Shown here: piece by piece, positions 29,320 to 39,656 of the stretch
Position numbering within the stretch: position 1 is the stretch's first letter
How the letters are laid out: each line of letters begins with the position of its first letter
Origin: Candidatus Hydrogenedentota bacterium
GTDB taxonomy: Bacteria > Hydrogenedentota > Hydrogenedentia > Hydrogenedentales > SLHB01
NCBI GenBank assembly: GCA_963674865.2
Contig: CAXXYE010000004.1
Coordinates: forward strand, 320,001 to 384,000
Length of the DNA: 64,000 nt
Direction: 5' to 3'
Position numbers and translations under genes: made by a program
The notes under the pieces: generated by a model
Databases searched by the model: none
Told to the model about the DNA's origin: nothing
The model's input: the letters and a program-made list of their open reading frames with translations, nothing else

Positions 29320-31215
29320 ATGTTGTCCGCAAGACAGATCCGAAATGTCGCGATTATCGCGCATATTGACCACGGCAAGACCACGCTGATTGACAGCATC
29401 TTCCGCGCCACCCGCGTGTTCCGCGAAAACGCGCAGGTGGCCGAGCGCGTGATGGACAATAACGAGCTCGAGCGTGAGCGCGGCATCACCATCCGCGCCA
29501 AGCATTGCACCGTCGAATGGAACGGCTATCGCATCAACATTATCGACACTCCCGGCCACGCGGATTTCTCGGGCGAGGTCGAGCGTATCCTCTCGATGGT
29601 TGACTCTGTCCTGCTCCTTGTGGACGCCAATGAAGGTCCTATGCCCCAGACACGCTACGTGCTTATGCGGGCCTTGCGCCTCGGGTTGCGCCCGATTGTA
29701 ATCGTTAACAAGGCCGATCGGCCCAATGCCGATCCGCACGGCGCCTTGGACAAGACGTTCGACCTCTTCCTGGAACTCGGCGCCACGGACAGGCAGTGCG
29801 ATTTCCCTATCCTCTACGGCTCAGGCCTCCACGGGTGGGTGGTGCGCGACGTAGAGACGGATCAACGGGAGGGCCTGGACGCCTTGTTTCAGGCCATCGT
29901 GGACGAAGTCCCCGCCCCACAGAGCGACGCCGACGCCCCCTTCCTGATGCAGGTGAGCACGCTGGGCTGGTGCGATCATATCGGGCGAACCGGCACGGGC
30001 CGCGTCCTTCAGGGAAAGCTGAGGAAGGGCGACGCCATCACGCGTATAACCACTTCACCGAAGAACGCCGAGTGGCTGGCGCACGGCGGCGACGCCGACG
30101 CGGGCGAGTGGGAAGTCACCGGCTCCGAGGCGAGCCGCGCCACGTACCTGTGGGCGACGCGCGGCGTCCATTCCATCCTTTGCGATGAAGTGGGGGCGGG
30201 TGACATTGTCACTATTGCCGGCCCTAAGACGCTTACCATCGGCGACACCATCGCCGCCCCCGAACTCGAAGACTGCGCCCTGCCGCCGCTCGAAATCGAA
30301 GAGCCGACGGTGTCCATGCTGTTTCTTGTCAACAGCGGCCCCTTTGCGGGGCGGGAGGGAAACGCCGTCACGATACGTCAGATCAAGGCCCGCCTCGAAC
30401 GCGAACTCCGCACGAACGTCGCTTTGCGCGTCGAAGATGCGGATCGCGGCGATGGCATGAAGGTTTCCGGCCGGGGCGAACTCCACTTGGCCATCCTCAT
30501 CGAGGAGATGCGCCGCGAAGGGATGGAGTTGTGTGTGTCGCCACCGGAAGTGATAACTCATCACGACAGCGACGGCCGATTGCTCGAGCCCTTCGAGGAA
30601 CTCACGATCGATGTCCCCCTCGAATTCCAAGGCACGGTGATCGAGAAGGTGGCCCAGCGCAAGGGCAGTCTGGTGAATATGGACAATAATGGCGCCGGCA
30701 TGCTGCACATGGAGTTCAGGATCCCCACACGCGGCCTCATCGGATACCGCAGCGAGTTTCTTACCGACACCCGCGGCCTCGGCATCATGGCCTCGCGGTT
30801 CACCGACTACGGCCCCTGGTGCGGCAAAGTAGTCTCCCGCAGCCGCGGATCTATGATTAGCATGGACAGTGGCGACGCCACCTCCTACAGCCTTGAGAAC
30901 CTCCAGGAGCGCGGCGTTCTCTTCGTATCCCCCATGGATCCCGTCTACGAAGGCATGATTGTCGGCGAGAATTCGCGGCCCGGGGATTTGCCGTGCAATC
31001 CCACCAAGCGGAAGGCCCTCACCAACCATCGAGCCGCCGGGAAGGACCACACCACCGGACTCGATGTGCCACGCACCCTCACGCTCGACGCCGCCCTCGA
31101 ATGGATCGCCCCGGACGAACTTGTCGAGGTCACCCCGGCAAGCGTGCGCGTCCGCAAAGCCATCCTCGCCTCCGAAGACCGCAAACGCGACCTCCGACGC
31201 GCGGCAACCGCTTAG
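29320..31215 (+). CDS. typA: Translational GTPase TypA/BipA
   Basis: [30 protein letters not shown] and PTRGLIG motifs. Confidence 0.95.
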   Translation: MLSARQIRNVAIIAHIDHGKTTLIDSIFRATRVFRENAQVAERVMDNNELERERGITIRAKHCTVEWNGYRINIIDTPGHADFSGEVERILSMVDSVLLLVDANEGPMPQTRYVLMRALRLGLRPIVIVNKADRPNADPHGALDKTFDLFLELGATDRQCDFPILYGSGLHGWVVRDVETDQREGLDALFQAIVDEVPAPQSDADAPFLMQVSTLGWCDHIGRTGTGRVLQGKLRKGDAITRITTSPKNAEWLAHGGDADAGEWEVTGSEASRATYLWATRGVHSILCDEVGAGDIVTIAGPKTLTIGDTIAAPELEDCALPPLEIEEPTVSMLFLVNSGPFAGREGNAVTIRQIKARLERELRTNVALRVEDADRGDGMKVSGRGELHLAILIEEMRREGMELCVSPPEVITHHDSDGRLLEPFEELTIDVPLEFQGTVIEKVAQRKGSLVNMDNNGAGMLHMEFRIPTRGLIGYRSEFLTDTRGLGIMASRFTDYGPWCGKVVSRSRGSMISMDSGDATSYSLENLQERGVLFVSPMDPVYEGMIVGENSRPGDLPCNPTKRKALTNHRAAGKDHTTGLDVPRTLTLDAALEWIAPDELVEVTPASVRVRKAILASEDRKRDLRRAATA

Positions 31216-31311
31216 GCAGCGCAATTGGCGGCCTGCCGCCCCCTTGCCCCTCGCGCTATCCGATAGGTATGCTCGCCCGGCAGTAAGCGAGAGTCGGAGG
31301 AATTGCGGATT

Positions 31312-32079
31312 ATGCTCACGCTGTATTCATGGAATGTGAATGGCATCCGCGCCGCCGTGCGCAATGGCCTTCTGGATTGGCTCGCTGATACGCGGCCCGA
31401 TGTGCTGTGCGTCCAGGAGATCAAGGCGCGAGTGGAGGATGTGGACGAGGCCATCCGCTGTCCCAACGGCTACCAGAGCGTATGGAATCCGGCGGAACGC
31501 AAAGGATACAGCGGAACGGCGACGTTCTTTCGCGACGGATTGGCACCGGTTTCGGTGGACGTGCTCGGCGTCGAGGCATTTGATGTCGAGGGCCGCGTCC
31601 AGGCGCTCAAATACGATGACTTCACGCTTATCAACGCCTATTTTCCGAACAGTCAGCCGGAGCGCGCGCGAATCGATTACAAACTCGCTTTCTGCAAAGC
31701 CATTCGCATGTTCTGCAACAAGCTGCGTCGGCAAGGCGATGACATCGTCTTGTGCGGCGACTACAACATCGCCCACAAAGAGATCGACCTCGCCCGGCCC
31801 AAGGAGAACGTGAATAATCCCGGCTTCCTGCCCGAGGAGCGCGCGAGTATGGACACCTTCATCCGCGCGGGATACGTCGATACCTTCCGCCGGTTCAACA
31901 AGGAGCCGGGCCAGTACACGTGGTGGTCCTACCGCGGCCGCGCCAGGGAGAACAATGTTGGCTGGCGCCTCGACTACCACTGCGTCAACAAGGAGTTCCT
32001 TCCCCGCGTCAAGAGATCCTGGATCTTGCCCGAGGTCCTCGGCTCGGATCATTGCCCCGTCGCTCTTGCCGTCGAATAG
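31312..32079 (+). CDS. xth: Exodeoxyribonuclease III
   Basis: SWNVNGIRA, VQEIK, GDYNIAH, GWRLDY and SDHCP motifs. Confidence 0.95.
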   Translation: MLTLYSWNVNGIRAAVRNGLLDWLADTRPDVLCVQEIKARVEDVDEAIRCPNGYQSVWNPAERKGYSGTATFFRDGLAPVSVDVLGVEAFDVEGRVQALKYDDFTLINAYFPNSQPERARIDYKLAFCKAIRMFCNKLRRQGDDIVLCGDYNIAHKEIDLARPKENVNNPGFLPEERASMDTFIRAGYVDTFRRFNKEPGQYTWWSYRGRARENNVGWRLDYHCVNKEFLPRVKRSWILPEVLGSDHCPVALAVE

Positions 32080-32169
32080 GACGCCCCAGCGCATTGCCTG
32101 CCCTCGCCCCGTTCGGCTATCCTTGCGTCGGTTCTTCAGAGAGTAGGCATGAACCGGAGGTAGGACGCC

Positions 32170-33036
32170 ATGGCGAAGCCGTTTCGCCTTGCCGTTACCG
32201 CGATTACGCTTCCCGGCGGCGACAGTCGCGAGAAGGTCATCGACAAATGCATCGCCGCCATCGCGGAAGCGGGGCGGCGAGGGGCCGACCTTGTCCTACT
32301 GCCCGAGGAGCCTGACATCAAGGCTGGGCGCGGCCCGGGCGAGTACGCGCTCGAAAAACACCCTGCCTTCGCGGCATTCACGGAGCAGGCTGCCCAATCA
32401 GGCGTCGGCGTAGTGGCAAGCCTGTCCGCGGCCGTGGACGGCGGCTATGCCAACACCGGCTTTCTCCTCGGTCGGCGGGGCGAACTGATCGGCTGCTACC
32501 GCAAGAAGCACCCCGCGCCATCGGAAGAGGCTATCATTACGACCCCGGCCGATGGCCAAGACCCCTTCCCCGTCTTCGAGCACGAGGGCCTCAAGCTCGC
32601 CATCGCCATCTGCATGGACATCCACTTCCCCGAGATGTTCCGCATTTACGGCCTCAAGGGCGCCGACCTCGTTTGCGTGCCCACCATGTACCTTGACTAC
32701 ACGGGCGATATGCTTGAGAGCATCGAGAAGGCCCGCGCGATCGACAGCCAGATGTATTTTGCACTTTCCCGGTACATCAGCAAGCCTTTCCTGGCCGGCA
32801 GGGACATGGGCTATGCCAAAGTCATCTCCCCGGACGGGCGGATTATTTGCTCGACGGCCCACAAGGATGGCGTCGCCATCGCCGAGTTCGATCCGGCCTG
32901 GCGTATGCCCTTCTGGGGGGAGGGATACGGCGGCAACCTGCGCCACATGTTCGATGTGGTACGCCGCCCGGACCTCTATGGCGACTTACTCAAACCGCCC
33001 GGCAGTAGTTCTGGGGAATCCCCGCGCAGGGGATGA
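32170..33036 (+). CDS. Carbon-nitrogen hydrolase (nitrilase superfamily)
   Basis: LPEE, YRKKH and ICMD (E-K-C triad); RRPDLY tail. Confidence 0.88.
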   Translation: MAKPFRLAVTAITLPGGDSREKVIDKCIAAIAEAGRRGADLVLLPEEPDIKAGRGPGEYALEKHPAFAAFTEQAAQSGVGVVASLSAAVDGGYANTGFLLGRRGELIGCYRKKHPAPSEEAIITTPADGQDPFPVFEHEGLKLAIAICMDIHFPEMFRIYGLKGADLVCVPTMYLDYTGDMLESIEKARAIDSQMYFALSRYISKPFLAGRDMGYAKVISPDGRIICSTAHKDGVAIAEFDPAWRMPFWGEGYGGNLRHMFDVVRRPDLYGDLLKPPGSSSGESPRRG

Positions 33037-33134
33037 TTGTTTCCATGGCAACGGGACGCAAGAAGTGGGACACGCGCGGATTTGCGCGATTACACCGATG
33101 TGAGCCGTGCGGCCGGTTCAAAGGAGTGGGAAAC

Positions 33135-34118
33135 ATGGCTCTAAGCGGCCATAGGCCGGGGCGTACCTGGATTGCGGTATTACTCGTCTGCGCCTTCTCA
33201 CCTATCGCTTTCGCGGCGGGAACGGCGCCGGCGAAAGCCGTTGGGCCAACGGCAAAGGCAGTCGTCAAGCCAACGCCGGACGCCGCAAACGTCAAGTACG
33301 GGCCGTATGAACGCAATGTGTTGGACTTGTGGTTGGCCGAAGGGGAGGGGCCGAGGCCCCTTGTCATGTACATCCATGGCGGCGGCTTCATCGCCGGCGA
33401 CAAGTCAGGCCTCGATGCCGAGGAACTGACGGATTTCCTGCAAGCTGGATTGTCCGTGGCGGCCATCAACTACCGGTATTCAACGATAGCGCCATTCCCC
33501 GCTCCCATGCACGACGCCGCGCGTGCCGTTCAGTTCCTGCGTTACCATGCAGCCGACTGGCGCCTCGACCCGGAGCGGTTCGCAGCAACAGGAGGCTCCG
33601 CGGGCGGCATGATCGCGCTGTGGTTGGCCTTTCATGACGACCTGGCCGATCCGTCCAACGAAGATCCCGTCTTGCGCCAATCCACGAGGCTGACGTGTGC
33701 TGCGCCGGTTTCTGCTCCGACAACAGTGATCATGAGCGACTATCTCGAATGGGTGGGCGAACACGCAAAAGTACATCCCGCCACGTTTCCCCTCTTCGGC
33801 ATTACGACTGTCGAGGAGTGTTCCTCGCCCGAGATACAACGACTCATGGCGGAGGCATCACCCATCGAGTTACTCACGCCCGACGATCCCCCTGTTTTCA
33901 TGAACTACGGCCTCCCAAACACGCCCCTCGGCCCGGAGTCCACGCCGAAAGAGCAAGTGCACCACCCGCTATTCGGCATTCGCCTGAAGGTCGCCATGGA
34001 TGCGTTAGGCGTCGAGGCCGTTCTGCGTTATCCCGACCACTGCGAAGACAGCTACGAAGATAAGACTGATTTCCTCAGCAAGAAACTGGTGCCAACGCAC
34101 CCGGCCGCTGAACAGTAG
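33135..34118 (+). CDS. Secreted alpha/beta hydrolase (HSL-like esterase)
   Basis: Signal peptide; IHGGGF and GGSAGG motifs; AGGAG RBS. Confidence 0.85.
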   Translation: MALSGHRPGRTWIAVLLVCAFSPIAFAAGTAPAKAVGPTAKAVVKPTPDAANVKYGPYERNVLDLWLAEGEGPRPLVMYIHGGGFIAGDKSGLDAEELTDFLQAGLSVAAINYRYSTIAPFPAPMHDAARAVQFLRYHAADWRLDPERFAATGGSAGGMIALWLAFHDDLADPSNEDPVLRQSTRLTCAAPVSAPTTVIMSDYLEWVGEHAKVHPATFPLFGITTVEECSSPEIQRLMAEASPIELLTPDDPPVFMNYGLPNTPLGPESTPKEQVHHPLFGIRLKVAMDALGVEAVLRYPDHCEDSYEDKTDFLSKKLVPTHPAAEQ

Positions 34119-34289
34119 CGTCCTCGAAAAAGGCAAACATTCCGTCCGTGGCCTCGCAGGCCAAAGCCTCTGCCCGCCGGCGTCCCGCTCCAAATTGCAT
34201 GTGCTTGCGCACGCGTTCCCCGCATCGGTAGAGTAGCGGAGCCAAGCTGATTTAGACTCGTGGGCAAGGCGAAGAGCGAGGGACGTCGT

Positions 34290-35030
34290 ATGCGGTGGAA
34301 GGACGGCAAGCGGTGGGTTTACTCGATCACCTACGACGAGGGATGCGCGGATCTCCTGACGCATGCGCTGCCCATCCATCGCAAGTACGGAGTTCCCGGC
34401 CACGTGGCACTGGTTTCGAGCCAGATCGGCGTGCCGCGCGATGTGCCCGGAAGCAGCTACGACAAGATGATGATCCTGTCGAAAGAGCAAGTCCGCGCAC
34501 TGTGCGATGAGGGGTGGGGCGTCTCGTGCCATAGCATGACTCATTGCGGCGTCACGCTCGACAATGGACAAACGGAAGTGGTCGAGGCGCGGCGTGTGCT
34601 CGAAGAGGCCCTCGACATGCCCGTCACCATGTTCTGCGTTCCCGGTGATAATAACGGCCACCCGGGCGCCCTCAAGTACGCCGAACAGGCCGGCTACCGG
34701 GCCATCATGACGATCTACGACCGCGTCAACACCAGGGACACCGACCTGATGAGCCTGGGCCGCTGTCCTTTACACACGGAGTATCCCGCGCCGTTCTTCT
34801 CTGTGTTCGATCCTTACAAGCGTATTCACCAAGCCATCGACTTTGGTGGATGGATCGTCGACTATTGCCACTGCCCTATGCCGGACAAGCCCATCCATCC
34901 CGCGAAGGACTGCACCACGCGGGAGTTGGAGGCGCGTTTTGATGCGGTGTGCCGCGTCGGCGGCGATGAAGTCTGGCTCGCGGAGCCGAATGAGGTGGTT
35001 GAGTTTCTGTTGAAGGAGAAGCAGGTGTAG
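34290..35030 (+). CDS. Polysaccharide deacetylase (CE4/NodB-like)
   Basis: SITYDEG and CHSMTH motifs. Confidence 0.8.
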   Translation: MRWKDGKRWVYSITYDEGCADLLTHALPIHRKYGVPGHVALVSSQIGVPRDVPGSSYDKMMILSKEQVRALCDEGWGVSCHSMTHCGVTLDNGQTEVVEARRVLEEALDMPVTMFCVPGDNNGHPGALKYAEQAGYRAIMTIYDRVNTRDTDLMSLGRCPLHTEYPAPFFSVFDPYKRIHQAIDFGGWIVDYCHCPMPDKPIHPAKDCTTRELEARFDAVCRVGGDEVWLAEPNEVVEFLLKEKQV

Positions 35031-35076
35031 GCGAGGGCGTCCTCAGCCCGCTGAAGTGGGAGGTCCGACTAAGATC

Positions 35077-36324
35077 ATGGCGACAAAACCACAGCACGCG
35101 AAATGGGGCGCTCAGGCGCACAAGGACGAGGTCGGCAAGCTGCCGACGGCCTTCCCGAGAACCATCGGCCCGAACGCGGAGAAGTACATCCGCGAGGTAC
35201 TTGAATCCGGCCTCACCTGCGACATGATGGGCCGTTTCGAGCGGGCCTTCGCCGAGGCGTTGGGCGTCAAACACTGCATCGCGACCCCCGGCTGCACGCC
35301 CGCCTTGGCTGTGCTTGCCGCCGCCATGCCGTGGGAGCCGGGCGATGAGGTGATCGTCAGCCCCGTCACGGATTACGGAACGGTGCAGGGCCTTATCGCC
35401 GAGGACCTTATCCCCGTTTTCGCCGATACGGAACCTGGCAGCATCAATTTTGGCCCGGCAACTATCGAGCCGTGCATCACCGGCCGCACCCGCGCCATTC
35501 TGTGTGTCCACATGACGGGCATCATCAACGACATGGACGCTATCAACGCCCTGGCCGGGAAACACGGCCTCGTGGTGTATGAGGATGCCTGCCAGGCCGT
35601 CTTCGGCGAATACAAGGGCCGCCTCGCGGGGACGCTGTCGCATGCCGCCGGATTCTCCTTTGATGCCGAGAAGACTATGGGCTCGGACGTGGGCGGATGC
35701 CTCGTCACCGACGACGACGAACTGGCGGAGCAGGCGCGATTCATCGGCCATAGCCGCGGCGCCGTCATGAAGGAGCATTTCGGCCGGCTCCACGCGGCGC
35801 CAGGCTACGCCTACCGCATGCCCGGGTGCACCGCAGCCATTTGCTTGGCTCAACTTGAGGTCATCCGCGATCAAGTCGCCCATCGCGACAAGATGATCCG
35901 GCTCCTGACGAAGTATCTAGCTGAGATTCCCGGCATCACGCCGCTCCCCATTCCGGATTACATGAACGTCTATTCCTGCTGGATGGCGGGATTCAACATC
36001 GATTCCGACGCATTTTCGTGTTCCACGGAGGCTTTCGCCGCGCAAGTGGCCGAGGGCGGCATCCCTGGCGCGGGCATGGGGGAGTATTACCTGATGCCCG
36101 CCGCGCTGACATGCCTCCAGGAACGGACGCGGGCGAAGCGGTTCCCCTACTCGATGCCGCCGGCCTCGCGTGAGTACACCTACTCCGGCGACGACTGTCC
36201 GGAGGCCCAGGCGTTCCTCCGCACCTTCGTCCGCTGGTCGACCTTCTGCGAGAAGTACGAGCCGGAGCACTGCCGCCTTGCCGCAGACATTGTCCGCGAG
36301 GTGGCCGACCGCAACCGGCTATAA
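35077..36324 (+). CDS. DegT/DnrJ/EryC1/StrS PLP-dependent aminotransferase
   Basis: GDEVIV, EDACQA and FSFDAEKTMG motifs. Confidence 0.88.
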   Translation: MATKPQHAKWGAQAHKDEVGKLPTAFPRTIGPNAEKYIREVLESGLTCDMMGRFERAFAEALGVKHCIATPGCTPALAVLAAAMPWEPGDEVIVSPVTDYGTVQGLIAEDLIPVFADTEPGSINFGPATIEPCITGRTRAILCVHMTGIINDMDAINALAGKHGLVVYEDACQAVFGEYKGRLAGTLSHAAGFSFDAEKTMGSDVGGCLVTDDDELAEQARFIGHSRGAVMKEHFGRLHAAPGYAYRMPGCTAAICLAQLEVIRDQVAHRDKMIRLLTKYLAEIPGITPLPIPDYMNVYSCWMAGFNIDSDAFSCSTEAFAAQVAEGGIPGAGMGEYYLMPAALTCLQERTRAKRFPYSMPPASREYTYSGDDCPEAQAFLRTFVRWSTFCEKYEPEHCRLAADIVREVADRNRL

Positions 36325-36367
36325 GGCGTCTTTCCGGGGCGTCGTCAAAAGGGAGAAAGGCAAGCCC

Positions 36368-38968
36368 ATGAAGGCGTTGCACTTGAGTATGGCCGGCCTT
36401 TTTCTCATGGCGGCTGCCGCCAACGCAGGCACAGCCCCCGGCGACTGGCCCGAACCCCGCCAGAATCAGTATCTTACGTGCGTTCAGCCTCTCGCGGGCC
36501 GTATGAGCGTCCCACCTGCCCTGCTCGCCCGCTACGATCTGGGGCGCTCCCGGCCATCGGTGCGCCGCAAGGCCACCTTGCCGGACGGGACAGAGGTCGA
36601 GTTATGCCTGCTTTCCGGCGCTCTTCAATGCTACGCCGTGTCGGGGGAGAAGGTGTGGGAGTGTCACCCAAAGGGCCTGAATTTGGATCAAATTGTCGAA
36701 ATTGGCGACTTTGATGGCGATTCCTCCGTGGAAATCGCGTTGCAAGCCGGACGTCCTGCACAGCCCTTCGGGGCCGCGTGCCTCGTTTCCCTCGAGGACG
36801 GCGCCCTGCTCTGGCGATATAATGTCGAGCCCATGTCGTACGCCTGGTACTTTCACATCGGCCACTACCTCCCCGATACCTCACAAAAGCAGTTTGTTGT
36901 CATCATGCACGGCTATCCACCAGACAAGGACAACGGTTACATTGTCTTGTTCGAGTTCCTTGAGGGGGGGCATGCCCCTAAGCTCAAGTGGCGCTATGAC
37001 TTCGACAAGTACACGTGCTTCCCCTCGCTGCTCCAAACGGACCTCGACGGGGACGGGATAGATGAGCTTGCCGTCGAATCCCACAGCCGGATGTGGTTCC
37101 TGGATGCCCATACGGGCGAATTGAAACACTTTGCAACATGGGATGTTTCGCCCGCGAATGTGCGCAGTTACGGCTTCGTCAAGTTCGTCGATCTCAATGG
37201 CAACGGGCGTGAGGATTTCCTCTGCATCGCTGACTTCGCCCAACACCACGAGGTGCTTCTCAATGAGGACGGCAAGATGGTGCAGGCCTGGGCCCACGGA
37301 TGGCCGGAAAGTGTTACCACGGGGAAAGTTGTGACGACCTGGCCCGATCCGCCCTACGCCGATCTGGATGGCGACGGTCGCATCGAGATCGTGGTGTCCA
37401 TGTTCAACTCGGAGGGGGAAGGGGCTTGGCTTGTTCGCGCGTACGACGCCGTTACGGGAGAGCTTGAGTATCGCTCGCCGGGCCTTATCGCAAGGCAAAT
37501 CAAGGACTTGGACGGCGACGGCGCCGCGGAGATACTCGCCGTCGGCTCCACCGACCCCACCCAGACGGCCGTAGAGGGCGCCTACCTCCTTCGAGCGGCT
37601 GGGGAAGGATTCGAGCGCCCGTGGGAGGATGACGGGGCAGAGGTCTCCGAACTCCAAAAGGACGCGTTTGTCATCGAAAAGGGGGCCTCCATGTTCAGTT
37701 TAGTGGTGAATGATGGGGGGGAGGTCTCCACGCTGCCGTGGTCGCCTCCCGAGACGACAGAGATACCGCGCCCTTCCTTTGTCCCGGAAATCCAAGGGCC
37801 GCCGTTCCCGGAACTGCTCATCGCCGATGTCATGGGAACGGGCGTGAACCAACTCATTGTGTACCGGAATCCCGACGTGGAGGTCCTGCGTCTGACGAAA
37901 GGACATTTCGAGGTGATTGCCGCGTATCAGTCGGATGCCCTGCCCGTTATTGCCGACCTGGACGGAGACGGCCGCACGGAGCTAGTGCTCTGCACGGTGG
38001 GGCCGGAGTCACCGCCCATGGTTGAGGCCATTACGCCCGCCGAGAAAGATAAGGTCTTGTGGCAGAACCAGTTCCCTCCGGCTGAGCGCACCGGCCTGCC
38101 GCAGCCTCGGCGCGCGTACATGCGGACGGGACGGTTCACCGGCAAGGCCACGCCCGACGTGTACGTTTGGGCAGGAACGCCCGTCGTGCGTAGCGTGGTC
38201 CTTGACGGCGAGACGGGGGCGTTGGTTTGGGAGAAGGGCGAAGTGCCCAATTCCGAGCGTTATTGGGGGCCAAGCGTCAATTTTGCGTCCGTTTACGACT
38301 ATAACGCGGACGGCAACGAGGATTTGGTGTTCACCAATCCCGACTACTACTGCGTCGCCGACGGGCCGACGGGCGAGTTCCTGCTGGGGCCGCTTTTCCC
38401 GCCTGAGATCTTCAATCAGCCAAGCCAAGGGCTGTACACGCTGCCCGCCGTCCTCGAGCGGGCCGGCGAGGATCCGCTCGTCTGCCTGGTGGCGGGCCAC
38501 TACTTCCAAGCGGCCATGTCGATACGCGCGGAACCGCTGTGGTATAAACTGCCCATGGCCGGGCAGAGCCGTTGCGCGCGGGAGGCATTCATGCCGCTGC
38601 CCGATGGCGCGTGGTTGATGGCATTCGGCCGCCAGAACGGTGACTTCGCCTGCGTGAACGTCGCGGACGGCGCTACACGCTGGTTAATGCCCGTCGAGGC
38701 GTCTTGTTCGGATGTTGCCGTGTGCGATATCAACGGCGACGACGCGCTGGAGTTCGTCTTCGGCACAAGCCATAAGGGACTATACGCCGTCGCCGACAGC
38801 GTGGACGCCGGCCGCGTGATCTGGCGGGCGGATTTATCCGGCGCGGCGGGCGCGCCGGTGATCGGCGACCTCGACGGCGACGGCGCGAGCGAGGTGGTCG
38901 TGCCGACGGCGGACGGCTACATCAATGTCTACGGCCTAGGTGAAGTCGAAGATTCCGGAAACCTATGA
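36368..38968 (+). CDS. Secreted FG-GAP/PQQ-like beta-propeller protein
   Basis: Signal peptide, many DLDGDG repeats, TG...W motifs. Confidence 0.8.
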   Translation: MKALHLSMAGLFLMAAAANAGTAPGDWPEPRQNQYLTCVQPLAGRMSVPPALLARYDLGRSRPSVRRKATLPDGTEVELCLLSGALQCYAVSGEKVWECHPKGLNLDQIVEIGDFDGDSSVEIALQAGRPAQPFGAACLVSLEDGALLWRYNVEPMSYAWYFHIGHYLPDTSQKQFVVIMHGYPPDKDNGYIVLFEFLEGGHAPKLKWRYDFDKYTCFPSLLQTDLDGDGIDELAVESHSRMWFLDAHTGELKHFATWDVSPANVRSYGFVKFVDLNGNGREDFLCIADFAQHHEVLLNEDGKMVQAWAHGWPESVTTGKVVTTWPDPPYADLDGDGRIEIVVSMFNSEGEGAWLVRAYDAVTGELEYRSPGLIARQIKDLDGDGAAEILAVGSTDPTQTAVEGAYLLRAAGEGFERPWEDDGAEVSELQKDAFVIEKGASMFSLVVNDGGEVSTLPWSPPETTEIPRPSFVPEIQGPPFPELLIADVMGTGVNQLIVYRNPDVEVLRLTKGHFEVIAAYQSDALPVIADLDGDGRTELVLCTVGPESPPMVEAITPAEKDKVLWQNQFPPAERTGLPQPRRAYMRTGRFTGKATPDVYVWAGTPVVRSVVLDGETGALVWEKGEVPNSERYWGPSVNFASVYDYNADGNEDLVFTNPDYYCVADGPTGEFLLGPLFPPEIFNQPSQGLYTLPAVLERAGEDPLVCLVAGHYFQAAMSIRAEPLWYKLPMAGQSRCAREAFMPLPDGAWLMAFGRQNGDFACVNVADGATRWLMPVEASCSDVAVCDINGDDALEFVFGTSHKGLYAVADSVDAGRVIWRADLSGAAGAPVIGDLDGDGASEVVVPTADGYINVYGLGEVEDSGNL

Positions 38969-38981
38969 GAGGATATGCGAC

Positions 38982-39557
38982 ATGAGTATTCGGTTGGCTG
39001 TTATCCTGGTTGTATCGGCGGTTATCATCTGCGGCGCGACGGCCGCCCGCGCCGCGTCAAAGAATCTCGTGCCGGATCCCGGCTTCCAGAAGGCCGATTT
39101 CGCGCCTCTTGTCGATAAGACCACGTGGCGATGGCATCCCATCGCCGCCCCGAGCGAAGCGGCCCTGGACAAGGCCAAGAAAGAGGTTAAGCTGACGGGC
39201 GGCAAGACGTTCCTGCATTCCCCGGTGTTCGACGTCACGCCCGGCCATGCCTACGAGATCAAGGTGAAGGCCGAGGGCGCCGGCAAAGTGTCCATTCAGT
39301 GCCTGTGGTGGACGGTGTACAAGGGAGACGACATCGGCATGGCCTCGCCGCACTGCACCATGCCTCAGAATCCCGTCGCGCTCGATAACGAAGCGAAAAC
39401 CTTCGACGTGCTCGATGGCGCGCCCAAGGACGCCACCCGCGCCTATATCCGAGTCATTGTCGAGGAAGGCGCCGTCACCATCTCTGAGCCCTCCGTAACG
39501 CCCAGCGCCGAGAAGGTCGAGCCCAAGGTCATTCCCAAGCCGGAGGAAGAGAAGTAG
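38982..39557 (+). CDS. Secreted protein, CBM/galactose-binding-like fold suspected
   Basis: Signal peptide followed by NLVPDPGF and VTPGHAYEI, typical of CBM4/9-like starts. Confidence 0.6.
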   Translation: MSIRLAVILVVSAVIICGATAARAASKNLVPDPGFQKADFAPLVDKTTWRWHPIAAPSEAALDKAKKEVKLTGGKTFLHSPVFDVTPGHAYEIKVKAEGAGKVSIQCLWWTVYKGDDIGMASPHCTMPQNPVALDNEAKTFDVLDGAPKDATRAYIRVIVEEGAVTISEPSVTPSAEKVEPKVIPKPEEEK

Positions 39558-39579
39558 GGTCGTAGCTGTCCCTCCTGTG

Positions 39580-39597
39580 AATCGTGTCTATCCTGTC
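39580..39597. repeat. Solitary copy of the ATCCTGTC-type repeat found in the 42.5-43.3 kb array
   Basis: aatcgtgtctatcctgtc versus aatcgtgtcaatcctgta at about 42638-42655. Confidence 0.5.
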
Positions 39598-39656
39598 AGA
39601 AGGTGGGCGGCATGGGGGAGGGGATGATTGTCCCGAGACACTTTGGAGGCGTTTCT

